Of a DNA stretch of 64,000 nt, positions 46,869 through 62,866 are shown in pieces (position 1 is the first letter of the stretch; each line of letters opens with the position of its first letter). Source of the stretch: the human T2T-CHM13v2.0 reference genome, Homo sapiens; NCBI RefSeq assembly GCF_009914755.1, contig NC_060937.1, one strand, 5' to 3'. The translations under genes and the position numbers were made by a program. The notes beneath the pieces were generated by a model that made no database searches, was not told the origin of the DNA, and saw only the letters and a list, made by a program, of their open reading frames with translations.

Positions 46869-47947
46869 TGGGAATCTGTTTTTCATCTGATATTTTGATC
46901 AGTTCCAAAGTTGTAACACATACTGGCTGGGCTGGGCTTAATGAATAGTAGTGCAGGATACATGAGACCATGTTTACTTAGCATAGATGTATAGGACTTT
47001 CAGGGGTAGTTTTTACTGTGTCCATGCCTTTCCTTTATCGTAAGACTATTGGACTATTCACTGTGAGGAAACTGGAGCCTAGAAATGAATTGCTCAAAGT
47101 CATAAGCTAGAAATGATAGTATATCTCTGATAATTTATTTACTTCAGAACAAGAAATTGTTCTAAAGAAATAGTGTCATTTAAGAGGAATGTGATTATAC
47201 AGACTGTATCCTTAGGCTATAGAAGTTTTCTATCTAGCTTCTCTGAAATGAACAAATGAATTAAAGACCTCTTGGTCCTTGAACAGTCTCCACTGATTTT
47301 GAGCCAACTTTAACCTGTATAACTGTTTTCCAGCCTTCCTTTAGGAATCATGTTTCGTGGGGTTTTTGCCCCCTCCTAGAATAATTTCCCATGGACAGTC
47401 AATCAAGATTTCTTGGGTTTCTTTCTTGATTCCTCTTCTTTCTTTCTCACATAATTATTTAATACCAGTGACATCTAAACACTAGCTGTGGCATAGTTAT
47501 TAACTTAGATTATTTTATTTAAAGAGTGCCAGAAGGCCTTGCCCAACCAAAACTGTCTTTTCCCATTCACCTGCACAGCAGTAAAATTGTGAGTTCAAGA
47601 CCTTTATAATAAAGTGAACTACCACAGCTGAGAACAGGAACCTGCCATTAATACGTGCTGTGTTACCTTAGAAAGCAAGGAACATTTATATTTGATTAAG
47701 AGGAGAGCAGGGAAGATGATAAAGGTACAGAACACAGAGAAAGTTGACCCTATTGGAATAAAGAACTTTTTGCATAAGAAGTGTAAAACCAAAGAACTAA
47801 AGTTAACACAAGAGATGGAAAAGCAGGGGAGATCAAAGTTTATTGAGGCTCAGTGTTGCTTAGCCTTTTGTGTCTAGATAATTTATCTGGAACATTGAAA
47901 AGTAGCCAGGAATTTTTTTTTTCAACTCCTGGTAAAAAAGCTTTTTA

Positions 47948-48280
<333 letters not shown>

Positions 48281-51200
48281 ACCCTCTGCAGGAAGCGGAC
48301 TGCTCCTGGAGGACCCGGGAGAGCCCCCAAAACTGAGTACCCCAACTGCAGAAGTGGGAAAGGGAGACCCTCCTCTCCTGAAAACACACTTCCACTGGAG
48401 AAGCTGAAGGTCTGTTTGTGGGAGAAGTTTCCAACTTTACCTGGAGCTGAGTCAATTTAGAGATCCCAGCGAAATATAGGGGTAGAAGAAGCAGCAGAAA
48501 GGCCCTGGGAGCTCACTGGGCCCCCAAGCAGCCCATTCCTGCCTGGTGCCACAGGGATTCAGTGGGAGAGGAGCAGGGTGTAAAACTCCACAGGGAGAAG
48601 GAAATCTCTAGCTGAACTTGGTAACAATTTGAACAGGGTGAGAAGCCTCCTGGCCAGAACTCAGGGGAGGGTACAAATCTGGTGTGCAGACTCCACAGGC
48701 AGGGGAAGAACCAAGCCCTTTTCTTTCCCAGCTGGGAGGCAGATAGCCTGGGGCAGGTTTTCAAATCCATATTGCTCTCCACCTGGACACAGACTTGGGG
48801 CTGATGGGGGGAACACAGTGGGAATGAGACTGGCCCTTTGGTTTGCGTGGGCGCTGGGTGAGGCCTGTGACTGTCATCATTCCCCCACTTCCCTGACAAC
48901 CTGCATGACTCAGCAGAGGCAGCCATAATTCTCCTAGGCACACAACTCCAGTGATCTGGGAATATCACCCCCATCCCCCACAGCAGCCTCAGCAAGACCC
49001 ACCCAAGGAGAGTCTGAGCTTAAACACACCTAACCCTACCCCCACCTGATGGTCCTTCCCTACCCCCACTGGTAGCTGAAGAGAAAGGGCATATTATCTT
49101 GTGAGTTCTACGGCCCCGCCCATCGCCGGTTCCTCCTCGTACTACCACAGCTGATGCTCTCTGGAAATTACCACCTCTGGCAGGAGGCCAACTGGCACAA
49201 AAATAGAGCATTAAACCACCAAAGCTAAGAACCTTCACAGCCCATTTCACCCCATCGCCACCTCGATGGGAACAGGCACTGCTATCCACTGCTGAGAGAC
49301 CCATAGGTGGTTCACATCACAGGACTCTGTGCAGACAACCCCCAGTACCAGCGCAGAACCAGGTAGACTCTCTGGGTGGCTAGACCCAGAAAGAGACAAC
49401 AATCACTGTAGTTCAGCTCACAGGAAGCCACATCCATAGGAAAAGGGGAAGAGTACTGCATCAGGGGAACACCCCATGAGACAAAAAAATCTGAACGACA
49501 GTCTTCAGCCCTAGACCTTCCCTCTGACAGAGCCTATCCAAATGAGAAATAACCAGAAAACCAACCCTGGTAATACGACAAAACAAGGCTCTTCAATACC
49601 CCCCCAAAATCACACTAGTTCACCAGCAGTGGATCCAAACCAAGAAGTAGTCCTGGATTTACCTGAAAAATAATTCAGAAGATTAGTTATTAAGCTAATC
49701 AGGGAGAAAGGCGAAGCCCAATGCAAGGAAATCCAAAAAACAATATAAGAAGTGAAGGGAGAAATATTCAAGGAAATAGCTTAAAACAATCAAAAATTGA
49801 GGAAACTTTGGACACACTTTTAGAAATGCGAAATGTTCTGGAAAGCCTCAGCAATGGAATTGAACAAGTAGAAGAAAGAAATTCAGAGCTCGAAAACAAG
49901 GTCTTCGAATTAACCTAATCCAACAAAGACAAGGAAAAAAGAAAATATGAACAAAGCCTCCAAGAAGTCTGGGATTACGTTAAACGACCAAACCATAGAC
50001 TTCTCTTCTTCCTCAGGAAAACATATTTGGGGAAATAATTGAGGAAAACTTCCCCAGCCTTGCTAGAGACCTGGACATCCAAATACAAGAAGCACAAAGC
50101 TTGGAAAATGTATTTGGGGGAATAATCAAGGAAAACTCCCCAGGCCTTGCTAGAGACCTAGATATCCAAATACAGGAAGCACAAAGAAGACCTGGGAAAT
50201 TCATCGCAAAAAGATCTTTGCCCAGACACATTGTCATCAGGTTATCAAAGTTAAGACGAAAGGATCTTAAGAGCTGTGAGACAGAAGCACCAGGTAACCT
50301 ATAAAGGAAAACCTATCAGATTACCAGCAGATTTATCAGCAGAAACCCTACAAGCTGGAAGGGATTGGGGCCCTATCTTCAGCCTCCTCAAACAAAACAA
50401 TTTATCAACCAAGAATTTTCTGTCCAGTGAAACTAAGCATCATATATGAAGGAAAGATACAGTCTTTTTCAGACAAACAAAGGCTGAGAGAATTCGCCAT
50501 TACCAAGCCACCACTACAAGAACTACTAAAATTTTGGAGCTCTAAATCTTGAAACAAATCCTGGAAATACATCAAAATAGAATCTCTTCAGAGCATAAAT
50601 CACACCAGACCTGTAAAACAAAAATACAAGTTAAAAAGCAAAAACAAAAAAAACCAAAGTGCACAGGCAACAAAGAGCACCATGAATGCAATGGTACCTC
50701 ACGTTTCAATATTAACATTGAATGTAAATTGCCTAAATGCTCACTTAAAAGATACAGAACCTCAGAATGGGTAAGAACTCACCAACCAACCATCTCCTGC
50801 CTTCAGGAGACTCACATAACACATAAGGACTCACATAAACTTGAACTAAAGGGGTGGAAAAAGGCATTTCATGCAGATGGACACCAAAAACGAGCAAGGG
50901 TAGTTATTCTTATATCAGACAAAACAAACTTAAAGCAACAGCAGTTAAAAGAGAGAGAGAGGAACGTTATATAACGGTAGACGGCCTTGTCCAACAGGAA
51001 AGTATCACAGTCTTAAACATATGTGCACCTAACACTAGAGCTCCCAAATTTATAAAACAATTACTAATAGACCTGAGAAATAAGATAGACAGCAACACAA
51101 TAATAGTAGGGGACTTCAATATTCCACTGACATTACTAGACAGGTCATCAAGACAGTCAACAAAGAAACTGGATTTAAACTATACCTTGGAACAAATGGA

Positions 51201-54200
51201 CTTAACAGATATATACAGAACATTTCATCCAACAACCGTAGAATACCCATTCTATTCAACAGCGTATGGAAATTTCTAAGACCATATGACCTCAATAAAT
51301 TTAAGAAAATTGAAATTATATCAAGCACTCTCTCAGACCACAGTGAAATAAAACTGGAAATCAACTTCAAAAGGAACCTTCAAAACCATGCAAATACATG
51401 GAAATTAACCTGCTCCTGAATGAGCATTGGGTCAAAAACAAAATCAAGATGGAAATTAAAAATTTCTTCAAACTGAACGACATAATGACACAACCTATCA
51501 AAACCTCTGGCACACTGCAAAGGCGGGTGCTAAGAAAAGTTCCTAGCCCTACATGCCCACATCAAAAAGACTGAAACAGCATAAACTGACACTCTAAGGT
51601 CACATCTCAAGGACTAGAGAAACAAGAACAAGCCAAACCCAAACCTGGTGAAATAACCAAGATGAGAGCAGAACTAAATGAAATTGAAACAAACAAAAAA
51701 TACAAAAGATAAATGAAAGAAAAAGCTGGTTCTTTGAAAAGGTAAATAAAATTGATAGGCCATTAGCACGATTTAGCACGATTAACCAAGAAAATGAGAG
51801 AAAATCCAAATAACCTCGCTAAGAAATGAAACAGGAGATATTACAGCTGACACCACTGAAGTACAAAAGATCATTCAAGGCTACTATGAACACTTCTATG
51901 CACATAAACTAGAAAACCTAGAAGAGATTGGATAAATTCTGGAAAAATACAACCCTCCTAGCTTAAATCAGGAAGAATTAGATATCCTGAACAGACCAAT
52001 AACAAGCAGCAAAATTGAAATGGTAATTTAAAAATTACCAACAAAAAAAAGGACCAGACGGATTCACAGCAGAATTCTGCCAGACAATCGAAGAATTGGT
52101 ACTAATCCTTTTGACACTATTCCACAAGGTAGAGAAAGAAGGAACCCTCCCTAATTCATTCTATGAAGCCAGCATCACCCTAATACCAAAGCCAGGAAAG
52201 ACACAACCAAAAAAGAAAACTATAGACTGATATCCTTCATGAACATAGATGTTAAAATCCTTAACAAAATACTAGCTAACCGAATCCAACAACATATCAA
52301 AAAAGTAATCCATGATCAAGTGAGTTTCATACCAGGGATGCAGGGATGGATGTAATATATGCAAGTCAATAAATGTGATACACCACATAAACAGAATAAA
52401 AAATCACATGATCTCAATAGATGCAGAAAAAGCATTCAACAAAATCCAGCATCCCTTTATGCTTAAAACTCCCAGGAATTTGGCATACAAGGGACATACC
52501 TTAATGTAATAAAAGCCATCTATGACAAACCCACAGCCAACGTAATTCTGAATGGGGAAAAGTTGAAAGCATTCCCTCTGAGAAGTGGAACAAGACAAGG
52601 ATGCCCACTCTTAACCACTCTTCTTCAACATAGTAGTGGAAGTCCTAGCCAGAGCAGTCAGGCAAGAGAAGGAAAGAAAGGGCATCCAAATCAGTAAAGA
52701 AAAAGTTAAACTGTCACTGTTTGCTGGTGATATGATTGTTTAACTTGAAAACCCTAAGGACTCCTCCAGAAGGCTCCTAGAACTGATAAAATAATTCAGC
52801 GAAGTTTCCGGATACAAGATTAATGTACACAAATCAGTAGCTCTTCTGTACACCAACAGCGACCAAGTGGAGAATCAAATCAAGAACTCAACCCCTTTTA
52901 CAATAGCTGCAAAAAAATAAAATACTTAGGAATATAACTAACCAAGAAGTCAAAAGACCTCTAGAAGGAAAACTACAAAACACTGCTGAAAGAAATCATA
53001 GAGGACATGAACAAATGGAAACACATCCCATGGATGTGTAGAATCAATATTGGATGGGTAGAATCCATCTGATTCTATCATATTGCAATGGTACCCATAT
53101 TGATGGGTAGAATGAATATTGTGAAAATGACCATACTGCCAAAAGCAATCTACAAATTCAGTGCAATCCCCATCAAAATACCACCATCATTCTTCAGAGA
53201 ATTAGAAAAAACAATTCTAAAATTCATATAGAACCAAAAAAGAGGCCACATAGCCAAAGCAAGACTAAGCAAAAAGAACAAATTTGGAGGCATTACAATA
53301 CCTGATTTCAAACTATACTATAAGGCCAGTCACCAAAACAGTGTGGTACTGGTACAAAAATAGGCACATAGACTAATGAAACAGAATAGAGAACCCAGAA
53401 ATAAACCCAAATACTTACAGCCACTGATCTTTGACAAGGCAAACAAAAACATAAAGTGGGGAAAGGACACCCTTTTCAACAAATGGTGCTGGGATAATTG
53501 GTTAGCCACAGGTAAGAGAATGAAACTGGATCCGCATCTCTTACCTTATACAAAAATCAACTCAAGACTGATTAAAGACTGAAATCTAACAGTGTAAACT
53601 ATAAAAATTCTAGAAGATACCGTTGGAAAAACCTTTCTAGACATTGGCTTAGGCAAGGATTTCATGACCAAGAACCCAAAAGCAAATGCAGTAAAAACAA
53701 ACATAAATAGCTGGGACCTAATTGAACTAAAGAGCTTTTGCATGGCAAAAGGAACAGTCAGCAGAGTAAACAGACAACCCACAGAGTGGGAGAAAATCTT
53801 CACAATCTGTACATCTGACAAAGGACTAATACCCAGAATCTACAATGACCTCAAACAAATCAGTAAGAAAAAAAAATACCAAAAAGTGGGCTAAGGACAT
53901 GGATAGACAGTTCTCAAAAAAAGATATACAAATGGCCAACAAAGGTATGAAAAAATGCTCAACATCACTAATCATCAGGGAAATGCAAATCAAAACTACA
54001 ATGCGATGCCACCTCCTCACTCCTGCAGAAATGGCCATAGTCAAAAAATCAAAAAACAATAGATGCATGCGTGGGGTGAACAGGGAACACTTCTACACTG
54101 CTGGCAGGATTGTAAACTAGTACAGTTACTATGGAAAACAGTGTGGAGATTCCTTAAAGAACTAAAAGTAGAACTACCATTTGATCCAGCCTTCCCACTG

Positions 54201-54732
54201 CTAGATATCTACCCAGAGGAAAAGAAGTCATTATTCGAAAAAGACACTTGCACACGCATGTTTATAGCAGCACAATTCACAATTGCAAAATCGTGGAACC
54301 AACCCAAATGCCCATCAATCAATGAGTGGATAAAGAAACTGTGATTTATACATATATATGTGTGTGTGTGTGAATATGAATGATGGACTGCTACACAGCC
54401 ATAAAAGGAATGAATTAACAGCATTTGCAGTGACTTGGATGAGATTGGAGACTATTATTCTGAGTGAAATAACTCAGGAATGGAAAACCAATCATCGTAT
54501 GTTCTCACTGATATGTGGGAGCTAAGCTATGAGGACGCAAAGGAATGGACTTTAGGAACTTGGGGGTAAAGTAGGAGGGGGGCGAAGGATAAAAGACTAC
54601 AAATACGGTGCAGTATATACTGTTTGGGTGATGGGTGCACCAAAATCTCACAAGTCACCGCTAAAGAACTTACTCGTTTAACCAAATACCACGTGTACCC
54701 CTATAACTTAATGGAAAAAAATTTTTTAAAAA
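48281..54732 (+). mobile_element. Near-full-length L1PB (PB1-like), sense to RNF17, heavily disrupted
   Basis: GC-rich 5'UTR 48281-49540; ORF1 and ORF2 remnants (ORF track 49721-54344); 3'UTR GGGAGCTAAGCTATGAGGACGCAAAGG...GATGGGTGCACCAAAATCTCACA. Confidence 0.88.
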
Positions 54733-55501
54733 CTTTTAAATGTATACTGTTATAACTCTTATAACTTGGTTAATATAGAATGTTGCTGTTGGTAATGGTT
54801 AGCTTTTTATTTAGAATCATTCTGACTAGCAGCTACCGGCTGGAAAGGTGTAGGCATATACAGATCTCAGTGCATTTTTTAGAGATGTTTTCTAAAGAAA
54901 TTTGTCTACCATATTTCAGATACTTATTGACCAATTTCCCTGTGCAAAGTACCATAAATAAGTAAATAGACACATGAGACACAAGCCTTACTTACACTCA
55001 GTTAACTCCCAGTCTAGTTTAAGAAATAGATCTGATAAACAGAATTAAAAGTTAGATGGTTTGTCCTAAAAAACATGGGGACAGAAAAAAGTTCTAGTTA
55101 ATTGAGGGTTCTAGATTGAGTTTTTGTTGTTTTAAACTTTGTGCCATTTTTATAAAAGCTTAAACCTTTGCAGATGATCACTGGCCTGAGTTAACTTTCA
55201 TTCACCTTGGTCCTCCTGGAACTTGGTTGAGTTCCATAAAACAATTAAGAATACAACAAAACACTTCTTCAATGAATGTATTTTTCTGAATCTAAAAGCT
55301 TTGAGCTGATTTCTTTATATAATGGCACACAGTAACCTAAAATAAAATGTTCACTAATTTGTATATGTTACAGACAACACTGACCATTTATATCTGCAAA
55401 ATGCTACTCTAACTCCTAGCAACTATGACATTATTCTACAAGAAATGTCATGTGTGCAAATGAAAGAAATTAAGTTTCCAATTTTTAAAAAAATTGCCTC
55501 A

Positions 55502-55990
<489 letters not shown>

Positions 55991-56571
55991 GTAAGTAGAT
56001 ATGTAAACTTTCATTGTTAGTTCATGTTCTTATGTAACATTGTAATCACAAGAAGGGAAACTGGCATATCATTCCCCATTGGAGATGAGCTTAGACTGTA
56101 GACCTGAGAATTTTCCCTGTCCTGGACCAGAAAAAATAGAAAATAACTGGAGTCATTAATGAGGACTAGAGTGACTTTTCCCTCCATTACTAAGGAACCC
56201 AGAAACCAAGAGAAAGGCTCCTTGAGAGTGCTTCTAAGGAAAGGAGACTGCCGTCTTATTTCTGCTTAGGAAGCCCCTTGTGCCTGATTGAGAAAGGAAT
56301 TGGGAAGAGAAATGGCAGGATGGAGAATAAGCATAGTGGTAGAGTAGCTTACATTTCCATTTGTAGAAATGTTGATTTTCCTGGATTCAAGTGGATACTT
56401 TGAATGATAACCAGGCTTGAGCCATTGTGCTAATACTCACCCAGGACAGGCTAGTGGTTAGGGTGACCCCAGAAGCAGAAGAATAGAGTGGTGGCAAGGA
56501 CAGGTGGGAGGGTTTTGAGGTCAAGACAAAGAATTCTTGCACAACAGGGACTTGTGCAGTGGGAGTGGCCC

Positions 56572-56838
56572 TGGAGGAGGCTGAGATGGGCGGATCACTT
56601 GAGAGGAGTTTGAGACCAGCCTGTCCAATATGTTGTAACCCCATCTCTACTAAAAATAAAAAAATTAGCTGGGCGTGGTGGCATGCGTGCCTATAGTCCC
56701 AGCTACTCGGGAGGCTGAGGCAGAAGAATCACTTGAACCCAGGAGGCGGAGGTTGCAGTGAGCTGAGATTGTGTCACTGCACTCCAGAGTGTCTGACAGA
56801 GCAAGACTCTGTCTAAAAAAAAAAAAAGAAAAAAGAAA
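56572..56838 (+). mobile_element. 5'-truncated AluS
   Basis: Starts at GGAGGCTGAGATGGGCGGATCAC; A-tail. Confidence 0.9.
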
Positions 56839-57065
56839 GCCAGTATTCAGATAGCACCCACATGTGATGCCTATCAGCATAAGCCAGAGAAGTAGTGACA
56901 CCCCATAGAGGCCTGCAGTGACTCATACTAGTATTAATGATCTGTGGACATGCTTTCCTGCTCACTCCCATGCTGGAGGAGCTAGAATCAGGAGCTTTTC
57001 CACTATAGGTCTCAAATGAGAGCGGAAAAGAAATGAGAATAAACATTCAAATTAATGTTGAACTG

Positions 57066-57432
<367 letters not shown>

Positions 57433-57572
57433 TCACCTGTTTTAGGTCCACAGTTAAATGAATTTTGACAAAATAGTCATATAAGTATCATCACAGTCAA
57501 GATACAGACCTGAGCAAATGCAAACAAATATTTTGCATACAGTTCTTTTCATTAACTTTTGTTGTTTTTCAG

Positions 57573-57800
57573 ATACATCCTCAAAGATAATTCTCAAAAG
57601 CATATTGAAGTTTGGGATCCTTCTCCAGAAGAAATTATTTCAAATGAAGTACACAACTTAAATCCTGTGTCTGCAAAATCTCTACCTAATGAGAATTTTC
57701 AGTCACTTTATAATAAGGAATTGCCTGTGCATATCTGTAATGTAATATCTCCTGAGAAGATTTATGTTCAGTGGTTGTTAACTGAAAACTTACTTAATAG
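57573..57800 (+). CDS. RNF17: RNF17 coding exon 14
   Basis: TTCAG|A TAC ATC = [10 protein letters not shown]...[24 protein letters not shown]; donor AG|GTATAA; phase 2 to 2. Confidence 0.93.
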
Positions 57801-57979
57801 GTATAATATATATATATAATATATAAGGAAAATATTGCATATGATTTTATCCTTTATTCTGTTTCAAAGATCTAGAAGTCATAAATGTAGATTTTACTAG
57901 CAAAATTATTTTAACTAAGTAGTCTCAGCTAGTTAGAAGTATGAAAATAGGAAATCTGTTGGCTGTTTTCACTGCATTA

Positions 57980-58440
57980 GAATTTATTCATTCTACAAAT
58001 ACCTATTGAGCACCTACTATATGATAACCAGTATTATAAGTGTTAGGGATACCCTGGTATAAAACATAGACAAATCTTTGTTACCATGTAGCTTAAACTC
58101 TAGTAGAGGGAGAGAGAGTGAACATATAAAATTTTTAGTGTGGTAGATGGTGATAAGGGAAATAGAAAAAACTAAAGCATTTAGGGAGGAAGGCACTTTT
58201 AGGATGGTCAAAGAAGACCTCAGAGACAGTGACTTTTGAAACAGGCCCCAAAGAAGGAAGGAGGGAGGTAAGCCATATAAGTGTCTGAGGGAAGTTTATC
58301 TCAGGCAGAAGGAAGAGCTAGTTCAAAAACCTGAGGAAGAAATACACTTGTACATTCAAGGAAGAACAAGGTGCCCAGCTTGGCTGGAGCGGAATGAGCA
58401 AGCGGAGATTGTAGGAAACATGTAGCCAGAGAATTATATA
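57980..58440. mobile_element. L2 LINE fragment
   Basis: ATTTATTCATTCTACAAATACCTATTGAGCACCTACTAT L2 3'-end motif followed by purine-rich L2-like sequence. Confidence 0.65.
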
Positions 58441-58480
58441 AGAAAAGGTTTGGAAAGTTAAATATTTTTTATCTCTATAG

Positions 58481-58631
58481 TTTAGAAGAAAAGATGATAG
58501 CTGCTTATGAAAACTCAAAATGGGAACCTGTTAAATGGGAAAATGATATGCACTGTGCTGTTAAGATCCAAGATAAAAATCAGTGGCGAAGAGGCCAGAT
58601 CATCAGAATGGTTACAGACACATTGGTAGAG
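58481..58631 (+). CDS. RNF17: RNF17 coding exon 15, Tudor domain
   Basis: TATAG|T TTA GAA = [10 protein letters not shown]...[26 protein letters not shown]; donor AG|GTAAAT; phase 2 to 0. Confidence 0.93.
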
Positions 58632-58789
58632 GTAAATTACAGAGTTAAAAGTGTAATTGTGAAGGTGAATGAATGCATTTTGTATTTTTTTCCCTGGAGT
58701 TAAAACAGTTTTCATTGAGTTTTTCAGTTTGCCAAAAAAATATTTCGAAATGTTGTTTGTCTGTAGACTTAAAGTTATTATTTTCTTAG

Positions 58790-58908
58790 GTCTTGCTGTA
58801 TGATGTGGGTGTTGAACTAGTAGTGAATGTTGACTGTTTAAGAAAACTTGAAGAAAATCTAAAGACGATGGGAAGACTCTCTTTGGAATGTTCTCTGGTT
58901 GACATAAG
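58790..58908 (+). CDS. RNF17: RNF17 coding exon 16
   Basis: CTTAG|GTC TTG CTG = [39 protein letters not shown](R); donor AG|GTAGTT; phase 0 to 2. The next exon is beyond the window. Confidence 0.92.
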
Positions 58909-59774
58909 GTAGTTTTTAGCTGAGTAATTTTCTCATTATTTTAAATATTTTTAAATGCGTTCTCGTCAGTTTTAATTTTGCTAAGATATTCTGAAATTTT
59001 CCTAAAATCTAGTTAATTTTGGACTTCAAGAGGGAAAGAGAGAAGTTTGGAGCACGTAAATTTAGTGGCATTAAGAAATAGAGATAGGTGAGTATGAAAG
59101 TGCCTAGATAGAATTCAAACCGTTGAATATTAAAAATTTTACTTTGAGGAACAACAAACACAGAAATAAATTGTGTAAGTTTAGAATTGCATAGAAAGCT
59201 AAAAATATGTAAATTACCAAAAAGTGAATTTGTGGAGGATTCTGGGAAAATGACAGAACAGTTTTAGTCTACTGGAATCCCACTATAAAAACAGCAACTT
59301 GGATAGTAAAACTAAAGACTACACAGCCAATATCTACAACAAAATCAGATGACAAGTTACTTCTGTGAGCCCTCAAATATTAGCAGGTGGGGTACACCAT
59401 GAACCAGGACCTTTATAGTATCAACATTTGTGTGGCAGGATTTGGAGGGAAGGCAGACTAGGATTCCAACAGCTTTGAGAATAGGAATCGGCAACGGTAT
59501 TTCACTGGCGCATGCAGGCTAATCTGAGAATAGCAGCCAAAACTAAGGGATAAGGCAGGATGCAGTTCTTATATGAATGCAAGAAAGAGATCTGTAAATG
59601 TGCCAAACTCCCACAATACTGGAGCGTTTTTAGCCGTATAACCTCTTGAAAGTAAACTGAAACTCCTTTCCATAACCCCACACTGAGAAGAAATTGCTGG
59701 GAATAGACTTCAATTTGAGCAAGACAGGCAGTGGAGCAAAGGAAAGAAAAGATCCAGATGAAAGGAGGGGAAAG

Positions 59775-59897
59775 GGCCAGGTGAGGTGGCTCACACCTGT
59801 AATCCCAGCACTTTGGGACACTAAGGCAGGAACATCACTTGAGGCCAGGAGTTCAAGCCTGCAGTGAGCTATGATTGTGCTACTGCACTCCAGCCTG
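59775..59897 (+). mobile_element. Alu monomer (FAM/FRAM-like, or an arm-to-arm deletion product)
   Basis: Left-arm start joined to GTTCAAGCCTGCAGTGAGCTATGATTGTGC. Confidence 0.75.
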
Positions 59898-60427
59898 ACA
59901 CAGTGATTTTTTAACCTAAATACAGAATTTTGCAGTTTTTCCTGCCAAATTTGTTCTAATTGGTTTTGAAACTCAGATATTTGATTTTGTTATTCCATGT
60001 CTAGGCTGCCCCATCTAATGTTGTATTATCTGTAGACTTGAAAGCATACCTCTGTCAGAGTTGTAGTCTACAGTTTATGAGCTAAATCGAACTAATATGC
60101 ACTTGGCCTGCAGAATGTTTTTTGAACTATGGCATATTAACTCTTTAAAAAACTAGTAAATTCCACATAAAAATTTGAGTTTCTTTTATTGGCAAAAATT
60201 GGATATCTAGCCTCTAAGCCAAAAATAACTGGCCCTCCCCCAGAGGTTCAGAACAGTTGTTAACTTTTGTTAAATAAACCCTAGCTGCTATTCACCATAG
60301 AATACCAGATAAAATTGTACATATAGGAAACAGCTCTATCATTAAGTCTACTGGCAGATCGTTTGTTATTGCTTTGATATGCTACCACAGTTATCCAAAT
60401 CACTTGGGGTAGCTTGTAGTTCTAGAC

Positions 60428-60633
60428 CAGGGTATCCAAATTTTTGGTTTCTCTGGGCCACATTGGAAGAAGAATTATTGTCTTGGGCCACACATAAAAT
60501 ACACTGACAGTAATAATAGCTGATGAGCTAAAAAAAATTGAAAAAAATCTCATAATGTTCTAAGAAAGTTTATGAATTTGTGTTGGGCTACATTCAAAGC
60601 TGTCCTGGGCCGTGTGCAGGTTGGATAAGCTTG
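60428..60633 (+). mobile_element. MER30 (hAT-Charlie)
   Basis: CAGGGTATCCAAATTTTTGG...GGTTGGATAAGCTTG; decayed 8-bp TSD TTCTAGAC / TTTTAGAT. Confidence 0.8.
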
Positions 60634-61086
60634 TTTTAGATTGTCTCAAATTTGATCACTGACTTGAAGCCAATTGCATGTTATTTGGCTAAAAGACATA
60701 TACACATGCACACACTTAGGTATACATATATGTGTAGGCTTTTCAGACATGGATTATAAATAGGAATATTAGAAATATGTTTACCAATAAAGCTAAAAGA
60801 TTCGAAAGACCCTTTCAGCATTATTATAAAAACTTTAATGAACCTGTGTGTGATTTTTTTTTTTTTAAGAAATAAACCATACTGGTTTATCTAGCTTATT
60901 TGTATCTCATCTGCAAGGATCTCATGAGAGAACTCCAGATACACTATACAATATACCTTAACATTTATTGTCTACTAGGACAGGCATTGTATGATGTGCT
61001 TTACGTGTGTTAGTTTAGTTCTCACAATAATACCGACATGGAACTATTATTATCTTCATATTACAATTGAAGAAACTTCATGATGA

Positions 61087-61474
<388 letters not shown>

Positions 61475-62205
61475 TAAAAATTGATATTATAATAGGATAG
61501 CTTCTTTTTTTAAAATTTGTTTTATTCCCTAAAGATCCTTGTTCTGATAGGATACCTTCTTCTTAATGACCCATTTCTCTAATCTTACAGGCACCTCTTC
61601 CTATTGTCTGTGATCACTGATGGTGACAATGGGACACTAAATCTTTTCAGTGCCCTGGAATGGAAGTCTCAGCTCACATACTATATAAATCCTATGTTAG
61701 TTTTCACTTTGACATTAAATAGTTCAATCAGAATAATTGAACAGAATTATATCAGTCCCTTAATTGTACCTAACAGTACAGAGAATGTGTTTGTGTACAT
61801 ACTTTAAATGGTATCTTATGGACTGGAATGGAATACCATTATCATTTTAAAAGCCTAATAATAGCTAACCTTTAAGAACTTCTGGAACCTGCATTAATTG
61901 TCTTAAAGACACTATTTCACTTAATCCTAACAACAAACCTTAAAGATATAAATACTATTTATAGGTAAGGAAATTGAATATTTAAGAGGTTAAGTATTTT
62001 ATTATCTGGATAAAATATCTGCTGACTGTTGAGTTAGGATTATAAACACAGTCTGAACCCAGAACCGGGACTCTAACCACTCTGTTTTACTGTCATTTTA
62101 AGAAATTTTAATAGATTGTTCTTAGGTTGATTAAATATATATTACACTCAGTTTACCCTTTTACCATTCTTAAGTGTACAGTTCTATGACATTAAGAACA
62201 TTCAT

Positions 62206-62507
62206 GGCCGGACGCGGTGGCCCACGCCTGTAAACCCAGCACTTTGGGAGGCTGAGGCAGGCAGATCACTTGAGGTCAGGAGTTTAAGACCAGCCTGGCC
62301 AACATGGTGAAACTTCGTCTCTACTAAAAATACAAAAATTAGCCAGGTGTGGTGGCAGGCACCTGTCATCCCAGCTACTTGGGAGGCTGAGGTAGGGAGA
62401 ATTGCTTGAACCTAGGAGGCAGAAGTTGCAGTGAGCCAAGATTGCGCCACTGCACTCCAGCCTGGGTGACACAGTGAGACTCTGTCTCAAAAAAATAAAT
62501 AAAAAAA
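62206..62507 (+). mobile_element. AluS inserted in a short L1M 3' fragment (~62125-62580)
   Basis: Complete Alu; flanks TTACCATTCTTAAGTGTACAGTTC and AGAACTTTTTCATCTTCCCTAACTGAAA are L1M 3'-end sequence. Confidence 0.9.
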
Positions 62508-62866
62508 TCACGTTGTATAGCATTTACCACCATTTCATCTCAAGAACTTTTTCATCTTCCCTAACTGAAATTCTATATTCATACATTTTTTAAATGTTAA
62601 ATTAATATTTATATCCATAATAAATCAATGGATAACCTTGATGTTACATTGACTTATATTTATATACCATCGTAATAAATAAACCATAACTGGTTCCAAG
62701 AGTTCCTAACAATTTAAGCTTCTTAGCACATAAGAACTCTCTCTGGGCTTTACAATAAGTAGTATAGCACATTTACGAAATCCTGTTTGGCCAAGTTATG
62801 TGCCCAGTTGATTTGGTTAGTTCACCCATATAAGCCATGTTACTGTGAAAAGATTGACCAGGCGAA

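Noticed and set aside
48513-48995. 160-aa minus-strand ORF
   Set aside because: Lies in the GC-rich L1PB 5'UTR, where stop-poor frames are expected; no recognisable domain.
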